A DNA stretch of 58,780 bases from a virus: the IMG/VR virus record IMGVR_UViG_3300045988_043483; one strand, written 5' to 3'. The notes beneath the pieces were generated by a model, which made no database searches, had not been told where the DNA came from, and worked only from the letters and a program-made list of their open reading frames with translations. Shown here in pieces: positions 42,189 to 50,375 of the stretch. Positions within the stretch are counted from its first letter, which is position 1. The number at the start of each line of letters is the position of its first letter. A program made the position numbers and the translations under genes.

Positions 42189-42377
42189 TCAAGTGTCTGA
42201 TATGTCGGCTTGTTCATAAGTCCCAACGGACTGAAATTCATAAGCATTACCTGTTTCTCCTAAAACTTCCTCGATCACATGAACCATGATTGATTGATAC
42301 TTAATCGGCACTTCCCTTGTACGTTCTTTGCTGAATATATGTTCCAGTGTTTCATCTGAAAATTTGAATTTTCCCAT
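42189..42377 (-). CDS. Hypothetical protein (62 aa), first gene of the accessory cluster
   Basis: AAGGAGGG RBS. Confidence 0.5.
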   Translation of the reverse strand: MGKFKFSDETLEHIFSKERTREVPIKYQSIMVHVIEEVLGETGNAYEFQSVGTYEQADISDT

Positions 42378-42503
42378 AAGGTCATCCCTCCTTATGCTTA
42401 AATTTTGGCATAAAAAAAGACGGTCTACCCGTCATGTATCCGTCACATTTCATTCACTATAAAATTATTGGAATCTTTGCAAAAAACTCCTTTCGTTTTA
42501 GGC

Positions 42504-42688
42504 TTGACTACTATTTTGACTACTATTCGACTACCCGTTGCCCGGGAATGCCCATTTTATCAGCTTTTTCGAGTGGAAGCAAGGGGGCTCGAACCCCACT
42601 CTATTCCTCTTACTTTCCGCATATTTACTGGCTTTCTAGGTGTTTTTTGTTGATTACTTTTGACTACTTTCGCAAAAATAGTAGTCAA
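42504..42688. mobile_element. Candidate attP region: tRNA 3'-end fragment flanked by arm-type repeats
   Basis: Minus strand 42600->42574 reads TGGGG-TTCGAGC-CCCCT-TGCTTCC-A, a T-arm plus 3' acceptor with no 5' half. TTGACTACTATT occurs twice at 42504-42527, with a partial copy at 42528-35, TTGACTACTTT at 42660-70 and an inverted copy at 42677-88. Confidence 0.55.
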
Positions 42689-42689
42689 A

Positions 42690-43910
42690 TCACCTTGCCT
42701 GTAAATCTGGTATACTACTCAAAATAGACGATTTCTTTTCAATGGTTTTCCTGTTCCTATGATAGTGTATTTCTGATGTCATAATATCTGTATGCCCCAT
42801 CTGATCCATAACAAGTCTCTTATCCACATTGTTATCCATAAGAATAGTTCCATATGTCTTTCTTACTTTGTGCGGTGGCTTTGGATAAATTTTCAATTTC
42901 CTGCAAAGCCTTTTCTGCCTTTGTCTAACCGCCTGTGCGGTGATCCTAATATCATTTTTTGTAAAAATGTAATCTCCAAACGGATTCATGTGTTTTATTT
43001 TATCGCAAATCCATACATAATCACTTGGTATAATTGCTGTTCTGATTCCTGCCTTGGTTTTAGGATACTCTTTTACTTCAACAACATTGTTTCCGTTTTC
43101 ATCTTTATACTTCGTCTCCGTTCTGCGAACGTTAAAAGTATTATCAGAAAAATCGGAATGCCTTAATGTTACAACTTCTCCGATACGTACACCAGTTAAA
43201 AACATAAGCAATATCGCAACATTAGAAGTATCAAGGTGGCTGACAAGATACTTAATCATTACATCAGTTTCATATTCGTCGAATACTTCTTCATAGTCTT
43301 CTTTTATTACTTTTTTAAAATCACTATCAGATACGTCAAGATTATCAAACAGTTCTACGATATTAAAATCAATAAGTTTGCGTTTTTTCGCTCTTTTAAG
43401 AAATGTTCTTGTAATTCCTTTTAGACCGGAAAATGATTTAGGTGTCAACTCTTTATCGGCAATTTCTTCCTCTAAAAAATCCCCCCATTCATCTTCTGAT
43501 ATTGATTTTATTCTTCGCTTTCCCAACTCTCCATAGTGTCTGAGAAAATATCTCTCGTCTCTGTCGTATGTTGCTTTACATATCTTTTTAAGAGACAATC
43601 TCCGGTCTTCACATTCGTAAAACACTTCTGTAACTGTTGGATTTTGCTCTTTTTGGTAGTAAAACTCAATAACTTCTTCTTTGAGATCTTCCTCGCTTTT
43701 CTTTTTTACAAGTCTCCTTCCTTTTTCTTCATCTGGCAAATAAGTTCTCCAGTATCCGTCTTTGCCTTTGTTGATTGCGTATTGGTGTTTCTTCAGATAC
43801 TCCTCTTTCTTTTTCATTTCAATGCTTTTTTGCAAAGATTCCGTGTCAATCATACCATTGCTAACGGCATATTGCAATATTTCCATATCAGAAAGTTCCA
43901 AATCTATCAC
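42690..43910 (-). CDS. int: Tyrosine recombinase / integrase
   Basis: TGVRIGE (Arg I), PHKVRKTY (His-x-x-Arg) and GHTDIMTSEIHYHRN (His/Tyr) in the C-terminal domain. Confidence 0.85.
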   Translation of the reverse strand: MIDLELSDMEILQYAVSNGMIDTESLQKSIEMKKKEEYLKKHQYAINKGKDGYWRTYLPDEEKGRRLVKKKSEEDLKEEVIEFYYQKEQNPTVTEVFYECEDRRLSLKKICKATYDRDERYFLRHYGELGKRRIKSISEDEWGDFLEEEIADKELTPKSFSGLKGITRTFLKRAKKRKLIDFNIVELFDNLDVSDSDFKKVIKEDYEEVFDEYETDVMIKYLVSHLDTSNVAILLMFLTGVRIGEVVTLRHSDFSDNTFNVRRTETKYKDENGNNVVEVKEYPKTKAGIRTAIIPSDYVWICDKIKHMNPFGDYIFTKNDIRITAQAVRQRQKRLCRKLKIYPKPPHKVRKTYGTILMDNNVDKRLVMDQMGHTDIMTSEIHYHRNRKTIEKKSSILSSIPDLQAR

Positions 43911-44109
43911 CTTCTAACCGCTTAAGTTTATTTTTTATAGACCTCACTCTTCTTTCTACAGTAGTTACAGAAATGGAATGTCTAAAGGATATTTCTTTTT
44001 GAGAAATTCCTTTAGACAAATCCCAAAACACTTTTTCTTCCTCTTCCGTGAAATTGGCGTTCCGGAAGATTTCTTCAAGTTCTGGCTTAGTCAGTTTTGA
44101 TAACTTCAT
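43888..44109 (-). CDS. Small sigma-70 region-4/LuxR-type HTH protein
   Basis: Start at ATG 44109 (AAGGAG 8 nt upstream). GISQKEISFRHSISVTTVERRVRSIKNKL. Confidence 0.55.
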   Translation of the reverse strand: MKLSKLTKPELEEIFRNANFTEEEEKVFWDLSKGISQKEISFRHSISVTTVERRVRSIKNKLKRLEGDRFGTF

Positions 44110-44137
44110 AAGCCATTCTCCTTCGCTAAATTTCAGT

Positions 44138-44428
44138 TTAATAATCATATTCTACAGCTCTGTTCGGCTTAAATTGTCCTTTCATCATCAACTTTGCTTC
44201 AAATAACTTATCAACAAGAATATCAATGCTCTTAATGTCTGTAAAAACAAGCAATGTGTCATCATCTTCTTGTACAAACTTTTCAGCACTAATTGCTTCT
44301 CCAACTTTATGAGTGCCTTTGTTTTGTAAAACAACACAACACCTTTGCTTATCTTCTTGGCATAATGCAGTTAATAAAATATCTCCTGTTCCAAATCTTG
44401 CTATAGCTTTTCCTTCTATCATTTTCAA
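44138..44428 (-). CDS. Hypothetical protein (96 aa)
   Basis: Operon-oriented ORF. Confidence 0.5.
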   Translation of the reverse strand: MKMIEGKAIARFGTGDILLTALCQEDKQRCCVVLQNKGTHKVGEAISAEKFVQEDDDTLLVFTDIKSIDILVDKLFEAKLMMKGQFKPNRAVEYDY

Positions 44429-44463
44429 TTATCCCTTTCTTCATTAAATCCTAAGTTACTTAC

Positions 44464-44841
44464 TCAATTTCTCACCGTATTCAGGTACTCTTTGCATCTT
44501 TGATACACTTTCGGATCGAATTCTTTCCGCTCGTGCTCGTACGCACTGTATTCCGCAGAAGAGCATCCGGCAATCTGTGCCATCTTAAACATGGACACTT
44601 TCGCATCTCTTCTGAGTGCTGCAATATAGCCTGCGTACATATCCTTGTCACCGTTAGCAAGTTGTATTTTCGCTCTTTCCTGAATGTCTTTCGATGCAGA
44701 CACTTCCATTATTTGCTTTATTGGGCATTCCTCGTTGTGGCAATCATAAAGGCAACCGTGGATTCCATTCTTGCCATCGAAAAAGCCAACCACATATTTC
44801 GTTGGTTCCTTGCAATCATTACATTTTGCATTTATAGTCAT
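44464..44841 (-). CDS. Zinc-ribbon plus HTH-like protein
   Basis: CNDC...C...C at the N-terminus and MFKMAQIAGCSSAEYSAYEH at the C-terminus. Start at ATG 44841. Confidence 0.5.
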   Translation of the reverse strand: MTINAKCNDCKEPTKYVVGFFDGKNGIHGCLYDCHNEECPIKQIMEVSASKDIQERAKIQLANGDKDMYAGYIAALRRDAKVSMFKMAQIAGCSSAEYSAYEHERKEFDPKVYQRCKEYLNTVRN

Positions 44842-44865
44842 AATTTTCACCACCTTTTAACTTAC

Positions 44866-45032
44866 CGAACTACCGAATTTTCCTCGGTAGTTCGATTTCT
44901 CCCCCGTATTACCGGGGGATTTTAACTTGCTTTTGAGTTATTGAGTGGAACTCAAATAGAAACTCAAATTTTTAATTAAATTTTTCACTTTTTAACTCAA
45001 ATTTTGAGTTATTGTGCAGGAACTCAAATTTT
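44866..45032 (-). promoter_or_regulatory. Structured intergenic region: two strong hairpins and two 26-bp palindromic repeats
   Basis: CGAACTACCGA-n7-TCGGTAGTTCG and TCCCCCG-n6-CGGGGGA. TTTGAGTTATTGnGnnGGAACTCAAAT occurs twice, and AACTCAAAT four times. Confidence 0.5.
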
Positions 45033-45890
45033 TTAGTTCCTAATTTCACTTTCTTGCTCAATATTTAAGTTTTTGAACATTGCACACATCACATCAACCA
45101 CGATGCTGTTACCAAACTGCTTGTAAAGCTGTGTGTTGCTGTTGACTGCTGCCATCTTGGAGATATCTTCATCAGATACTCCCATAAGACGTCCGCATTC
45201 TCTCGGTGTCAGCTTTCTGATACGGTACTGTGTGGCAATGTGGCTATTTGCATACCCATGTGTGCCGGCTACAAGATTAGATTCTATGTCATTATCAGAG
45301 ATTACCGTACCGCACTGCGAACCATCGTTAGAAATCTGACCGACTTTTTCAATCCGTACAATCTCTTGATTTTGTGCGGTTAGTGTGGGACACGTATTCC
45401 CATTATCTTGCACTCTCCCTCTTCTTGTTTGACTTTCCGGGTAACTTGCATCGAAACATCCACCAACTTCACATTCGATAGAACCGCTTTTCGTAGCCTG
45501 TTTAATCAACACCATATTATCTTTCTGCACCGTAGTAAGTGAGTTGCACATTCCTTGTGCATTCGGCTCTAATCTCTGTTCTGTCGGACTTCCAGCTGTT
45601 CTGTCTGACGGATTTTCTGTGTTTCTGCCACGCATGGCAACTATCTGACTTTCAAGAATTTTCGGCTCTTGATTGCCACCTTGCATTGTACTCAATGTCG
45701 GACTACACCCCACCACATCATAAATTCTGTTGGTACTCTCAAATTTTGCTTCAAGAGAGCCTAAAACATTTACATCTGCCATAACTACTCCTAAATCATG
45801 CTGTTCAGCTTTTACGCACCTTGCAATCGGATACACACCTCGCTGAAAATCTGCTGTTACTCCGGTGTATATACTGCCTATTACTTTCAT
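45033..45890 (-). CDS. C5 cytosine methyltransferase, C-terminal part (TRD-like repeats plus motifs IX-X)
   Basis: CSPTLSTMQGG, CNSLTTVQ and CPTLTAQNQ (TRD T-L motifs). RKLTPRECGRLMGV and QLYKQFGNSIVV (motifs IX/X). GGGAG RBS 8 nt upstream of the ATG. Confidence 0.8.
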   Translation of the reverse strand: MKVIGSIYTGVTADFQRGVYPIARCVKAEQHDLGVVMADVNVLGSLEAKFESTNRIYDVVGCSPTLSTMQGGNQEPKILESQIVAMRGRNTENPSDRTAGSPTEQRLEPNAQGMCNSLTTVQKDNMVLIKQATKSGSIECEVGGCFDASYPESQTRRGRVQDNGNTCPTLTAQNQEIVRIEKVGQISNDGSQCGTVISDNDIESNLVAGTHGYANSHIATQYRIRKLTPRECGRLMGVSDEDISKMAAVNSNTQLYKQFGNSIVVDVMCAMFKNLNIEQESEIRN

Positions 45891-45894
45891 CCCA

Positions 45895-47103
45895 TCACTC
45901 CCGTATCATTCTTGGCTCTTTATATTCCCTTGCGGTTATAGCCGGTGCTGTGTCTCTGTATGTTCTTATTGCACCATCCTCTAAGCCACTCATGCTTGTA
46001 TCAATACAGATTTTCTGCAACCATGTTTCCGACTTGCTGTTGGTTTGAGATTCCGCAGTCATATCTTGCCGTGATGCAGTTTGCAATGTCTCTTCGCTGT
46101 GGATTGCAGATTGTTCCGTCAATGCAAGTCTGCTATGCTCTGTTCTGCTCTTAGGATTGTGCTGTGGCAGCGTTCCGTTGTCAATAAGCTGTTTTATTAG
46201 CTTTTCAGCCTTTTCATTTTTGATGTAATACTTCTCGTCAACATTATCTTCAAGGTAATCTTTCAACTTCTTTTTCAACGGTATCGGCTGTGGGAAATGG
46301 TAGTTATATTCTCCCAAAAATGAAAACATGAAGCATCTTTCACGGTTCTGTGCCACTCCGTAGTTCTTTGCGTTTAAGTCCTTCCAGTAACTTACATATC
46401 CAAGACTTGTCAGAAAATCGATCCATTTTTGAAAATCTCCCATGTTTGCGTTGGCATGGACTTGCGGAACGTTCTCCATGAACAGAATCTGCGGTAACTC
46501 ATTGCCACCATCTCTTATTTCTTTCAAAATACGTTCTACTTCCCACAACATTCCTGATCTCGTACCAGATCCTTTGCTCATTCCTGCCATTTTCCCTGCC
46601 ACGGAAAGATCCTGACAAGGAAATGAATATGTTAAGATGTATGTGAATTTTTCTGTATCAACCACCTTTAAATCACTGCCTGATGTTGCCATTATATTCA
46701 CAATGTTCTTTGTTGATTTGATGTTGTTGTATGTTTTTCTAAGCCACTTCTCTGGCTTTTTTCCAATCTGCTTCAATGTCATTGGATTCTTGCCATCATT
46801 TGATATTCCATACTTAAACAAAATATCAATCAGTTGTTTTTGTGATATGCCTTCACTATAATCTATTTTATCTTCCCCAAAATGTATGGCTTTGTATGAT
46901 GCAAATGACTGCACACACCATTCACAAATTAGGTATTTTTCAAATTTTGCACCGATTCTTTCCAGTGCCATTGCCTGCGAACCATATCCGGCAAACAGTT
47001 CTATCAGCCTTATAGGCTTTGTAATCCGTATCGGTTCACGTATCAGGTCAAAAATGCTCATCTGATTCTGACATTCGTAATCAAACTTATCTAAATCACT
47101 CAT
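45895..47103 (-). CDS. C5 cytosine methyltransferase, N-terminal part (motifs I-VIII plus one TRD-like segment)
   Basis: LFAGYGS (motif I), FPCQDLS (IV), ENV (VI), QNRERCF (VIII). C-terminal TAPAITAREYK. Confidence 0.85.
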   Translation of the reverse strand: MSDLDKFDYECQNQMSIFDLIREPIRITKPIRLIELFAGYGSQAMALERIGAKFEKYLICEWCVQSFASYKAIHFGEDKIDYSEGISQKQLIDILFKYGISNDGKNPMTLKQIGKKPEKWLRKTYNNIKSTKNIVNIMATSGSDLKVVDTEKFTYILTYSFPCQDLSVAGKMAGMSKGSGTRSGMLWEVERILKEIRDGGNELPQILFMENVPQVHANANMGDFQKWIDFLTSLGYVSYWKDLNAKNYGVAQNRERCFMFSFLGEYNYHFPQPIPLKKKLKDYLEDNVDEKYYIKNEKAEKLIKQLIDNGTLPQHNPKSRTEHSRLALTEQSAIHSEETLQTASRQDMTAESQTNSKSETWLQKICIDTSMSGLEDGAIRTYRDTAPAITAREYKEPRMIRE

Positions 47104-47162
47104 TTTTTCAAGGAGACCGCATATGCTTCACTCTGGCCAGAGTCTCGGCTCCTTTCTTGATT

Positions 47163-47339
47163 TTATCTAACTATTGTTTCACTCTGTTCCTTGTACATCT
47201 TGCCCGCCATCTGCACCAGATAGTGCTGTAGAGCCTGCTCCACGCTGATCCGGTGCTTTACGCAATATCTGTCAACATAGCGTTTAAAGTCCTCGTTCTG
47301 CTCGTACAGGGCGGTGTAATCAATGGGTTCCATCTGCAT
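47163..47339 (-). CDS. Hypothetical protein (58 aa)
   Basis: ATGA overlap with the upstream stop; MQMEPIDYTALYEQNEDFKRYVDRY... Confidence 0.5.
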   Translation of the reverse strand: MQMEPIDYTALYEQNEDFKRYVDRYCVKHRISVEQALQHYLVQMAGKMYKEQSETIVR

Positions 47340-47998
47340 CACACTCCTTCCGGCTTCTCGCACCGCTCAAATTCGATAACCCATACCCACGGATTAGCAT
47401 CCCAACCGTAGCGGTCAAGGTCTGATTTCTTGATGGTGGAGTTCCAAAGTTTATGAAATCCATCGATCATATTAGGGTCTCCACCACTATCTGGGTCCGA
47501 AAACGTTGGATGCCATCCGTTGTTTTCGTAACATGCTTCATCCCAAGGGTCTGTGCCCTCCACGCATGCTTGTTCCTCTGTAATCTCCTGCAACCGCTCT
47601 ACCCGTACATCCGTAACCTTAAGCCAGATACGTGCCGCTTCTTTCGGCATGTGGATGGATGGTTTCCACTTTGCAACATCGGCAATGTCATCTCTTTGCC
47701 AATCTTCGTAGTAAAAGTATCCGTTCGGCGCCTTTTTCCATGTTTCCCGTACATACAGGATATCGCCCGGACAGATAGGACAGGTTCTTTCTGCTATGCT
47801 TAACTGCTCCGTATGTTTCTTATCTGCAAAGTTATGTACTGCATAAGTTCTCTTGTCGGCATTGTAAAATTCCATATCCGGTACGGTATACTCATTTGCA
47901 TCTTTGCATATCCGCCGGGTGCAAGTCTTTCTTCCGTCCAGAATTGCCCGAACCATTTCTGTATTGAATAAAATCGGTTTAATTGCCATCCCCTGCAC
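47339..47998 (-). CDS. ASCH-like domain protein
   Basis: KPILFNTEMVRAILDGRKTCTRR...GDILYVRETW signature. Confidence 0.5.
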   Translation of the reverse strand: MQGMAIKPILFNTEMVRAILDGRKTCTRRICKDANEYTVPDMEFYNADKRTYAVHNFADKKHTEQLSIAERTCPICPGDILYVRETWKKAPNGYFYYEDWQRDDIADVAKWKPSIHMPKEAARIWLKVTDVRVERLQEITEEQACVEGTDPWDEACYENNGWHPTFSDPDSGGDPNMIDGFHKLWNSTIKKSDLDRYGWDANPWVWVIEFERCEKPEGV

Positions 47999-48371
47999 CT
48001 ACTTTCTCAAAATAGAACTTAATCGGTTCTCTGTTTTCCTGCACCATGCCGTATCTGACTGCGATATTGTATGTGCACACATCTCTTGCCAGCCTGTCCG
48101 GTATCTTCTGCAACTGCTTTCGAAAGTCTTCCAGTTCCATTGTTGCCTTGTAGCGATTGCACGAACCACAAGACGGCATCAGATTGCTTATGTCGTGTAC
48201 GTCAATTCCGGTAAATTCTTCGCTGTACTCATAATTTCTGATGCAATGCAAATGATCTACATTAAAACCTTTCTCCGGTATCTCACATCCACAGTAAGCA
48301 CAGTGACCGTTGTATTTCGCATACACTAATTTTCTAACTGATTTAGGAATCGGTTTTCGCATCTGCTCCAC
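47979..48371 (-). CDS. HNH endonuclease
   Basis: CAYCGCEI...VDHLHCIRN...NLMPSCGSCNRYK. Confidence 0.75.
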   Translation of the reverse strand: MEQMRKPIPKSVRKLVYAKYNGHCAYCGCEIPEKGFNVDHLHCIRNYEYSEEFTGIDVHDISNLMPSCGSCNRYKATMELEDFRKQLQKIPDRLARDVCTYNIAVRYGMVQENREPIKFYFEKVGAGDGN

Positions 48372-48672
48372 CTGCCTTTACGATCTCCAACAAATCATCT
48401 ACCAAATCCTTGACCTCGTACATCATCATAGTGTCGTAGGATTTTGACTGCTGCTCTGCTGTCTTATTTCCATACTTCGTACAGTATTTAAGGAATGCTG
48501 TGCGTTCTTCCAACTGCTCTACAATCTTGTTCTGGTCGTAGGCGGTCGGCTCATCATTAACAGCATCAACCATCATATCTAAATCTGATGTATTTCTGCG
48601 TAATTTCTTCCGCAACTCTATCGCCGAGTTGAGAAGAAACAACAAATGATCCGCATCAATTAGTCTTCCCAT
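48343..48672 (-). CDS. Hypothetical protein
   Basis: Start at ATG 48672 (GAGGAGGG upstream). Confidence 0.5.
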   Translation of the reverse strand: MGRLIDADHLLFLLNSAIELRKKLRRNTSDLDMMVDAVNDEPTAYDQNKIVEQLEERTAFLKYCTKYGNKTAEQQSKSYDTMMMYEVKDLVDDLLEIVKAGGADAKTDS

Positions 48673-48686
48673 CGTTCGCCCTCCTC

Positions 48687-49160
48687 TCAATACACTTTCT
48701 GCCCGCACCCACAATATCCCGGATAAGGCATTAGGTTATGACACTTTGGGCAGAAGTATTTTCCTTCAATGAGTTCTCTTGAAATCGCTGTCTGCTTCTC
48801 CACAGCTTCACGGCATTCCTCCACCGTGCCGATTTGGAATTGCTGCTTATGCTCCTCTATCATCTCAATCAGCTTTTTGAGGTCGTACCCTCTCTGCACT
48901 AGGTTATACTCAAATTTTATGCATTCTGTGATATTATCCGGATTTATCCCACGCTCGATCATAGCTTTACAGATTCCAACAGCATTCCTACAGGTGCTAA
49001 CTGTTCCGATTTGTCGATACTGCTGCACCTCTTCCAGCGCCTGGATTGCAGCATCAACCAATACAATATTTTCCTCGTTTGGCATAATGTGTGGCTTTGT
49101 ACCTCCAAGTAATGCACATCTTATAAAATCAAAACGTATAATCGCTTCATTCTCCGTCAT
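48687..49160 (-). CDS. Hypothetical protein with a C-terminal zinc ribbon
   Basis: CPKC...CGCG. Start at ATG 49160. Confidence 0.5.
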   Translation of the reverse strand: MTENEAIIRFDFIRCALLGGTKPHIMPNEENIVLVDAAIQALEEVQQYRQIGTVSTCRNAVGICKAMIERGINPDNITECIKFEYNLVQRGYDLKKLIEMIEEHKQQFQIGTVEECREAVEKQTAISRELIEGKYFCPKCHNLMPYPGYCGCGQKVY

Positions 49161-49416
49161 GGCTACCCTCGCTTTCTTTGATTCCCAGAACAACGTATCC
49201 GTTCTTTATGCCCCATCCATTCATGACAAAGGTAATGAGATATAATTTATCATTGATGAAATGATAATTCGGTGTGCCGTTTTTTTCTATTGCCTGAAAC
49301 TTAATATAATCTCCCTTCTGATATCCACGGTCATTCTCCCTGATCTCAAAGGGCTTTTCTCCCATTACTACTTCATCAGCAAAATCATTTAAGATTTTAA
49401 GGTTATGTACTCGCAT
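49147..49416 (-). CDS. DUF3850/ASCH-like small protein
   Basis: HNLKILNDFADEVVMGEKPFEIRENDRGYQKGDYIKF pattern. Confidence 0.55.
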   Translation of the reverse strand: MRVHNLKILNDFADEVVMGEKPFEIRENDRGYQKGDYIKFQAIEKNGTPNYHFINDKLYLITFVMNGWGIKNGYVVLGIKESEGSHDGE

Positions 49417-49418
49417 GG

Positions 49419-49871
49419 CTACTCCTCCAACAGTTTCGTATCGTCAAATACGTTACCGACAACCTCATAAATACAATCACTGCTTATACGTGGCTTTGAT
49501 AATCCATACTCATTACTTGTCCGATAAAATCCAGCATAATTCTCATCCCAAAGTACAGTTCCGGTGCAATAGCCTTCTGGATGTGCATCATCATTGTAGT
49601 GTTTAACAATATCATTCTCCCAAATCAGCTTCCCATTCTTGTCCTTAAGTCCTGTACACTGGCAGATGGTAGTTTCATTTACTCTGTGCCAATTTTCAAA
49701 TCCTAAATCTCCTATACTCCCACCTTTTGTATACATATTGCTATCATTTGTTGGAATGATAATTGCTTCATAACCAACTTCGGCATCATTTGAATATATG
49801 AGATTCCCCTTCACCCACTCTCCGTTATCAATCCGCTTTCCACGGAATAAATATCTATCCTGCATCCTCAT
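49419..49871 (-). CDS. YopX-family protein
   Basis: YLFRGKRIDNGEWVKGNL...QCTGLKDKNGKLIWENDIV. Confidence 0.7.
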   Translation of the reverse strand: MRMQDRYLFRGKRIDNGEWVKGNLIYSNDAEVGYEAIIIPTNDSNMYTKGGSIGDLGFENWHRVNETTICQCTGLKDKNGKLIWENDIVKHYNDDAHPEGYCTGTVLWDENYAGFYRTSNEYGLSKPRISSDCIYEVVGNVFDDTKLLEE

Positions 49872-50011
49872 TCCTCACTTTCTTTCTGTAACCATGCCAA
49901 TGTACAATCCTTACATATCTTGTCACTTTTTAATAAATTCCGCAGGACACATAATAGCGCCATTGCCAACTCCTCGTCCGTCATGCTCCTGATCCGGTCT
50001 GCGTTGGTCAT
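49868..50011 (-). CDS. Small hypothetical protein (47 aa), below the ORF-track cutoff
   Basis: MTNADRIRSMTDEELAMALLCVLRNLLKSDKICKDCTLAWLQKESEE. ATGA overlap with the YopX start. Confidence 0.45.
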   Translation of the reverse strand: MTNADRIRSMTDEELAMALLCVLRNLLKSDKICKDCTLAWLQKESEE

Positions 50012-50044
50012 GGGTATGTAATCCTCGCAGTCTCTTTCTATATC

Positions 50045-50140
50045 CTAATGCGGACAGTCGTTGATTTTCTCGCACCATGAATACGCATCGAAACCATTAT
50101 CCTTTGTTTCTAAATTCTTGCAATTATTACATTTCACCAT
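50045..50140 (-). CDS. Small Cys-rich ORF (31 aa)
   Basis: MVKCNNCKNLETKDNGFDAYSWCEKINDCPH. Confidence 0.3.
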   Translation of the reverse strand: MVKCNNCKNLETKDNGFDAYSWCEKINDCPH

Positions 50141-50147
50141 CTTCCAC

Positions 50148-50375
50148 CTACTTTTCTTGCAAAAATCTCTTGATGACATCAATATCTCTGTCCAGCACGC
50201 TTAAATGCTCTTTGTTCATTTTTTGATAGACAATCAAGGGATTCTGTCTTCCTGCCTTTTTCGCTCTTAATACTTCCCATATACCTTTGGGTTCTTCAAT
50301 CGTCCATCCGGTTTTGATAAGCCATTTGCGAAAAGCATCCAATTTGTTGCTATGCAGTGTGTTCCTATTTGCCAT
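50148..50375 (-). CDS. Hypothetical protein (75 aa)
   Basis: Operon-oriented ORF. Confidence 0.5.
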   Translation of the reverse strand: MANRNTLHSNKLDAFRKWLIKTGWTIEEPKGIWEVLRAKKAGRQNPLIVYQKMNKEHLSVLDRDIDVIKRFLQEK

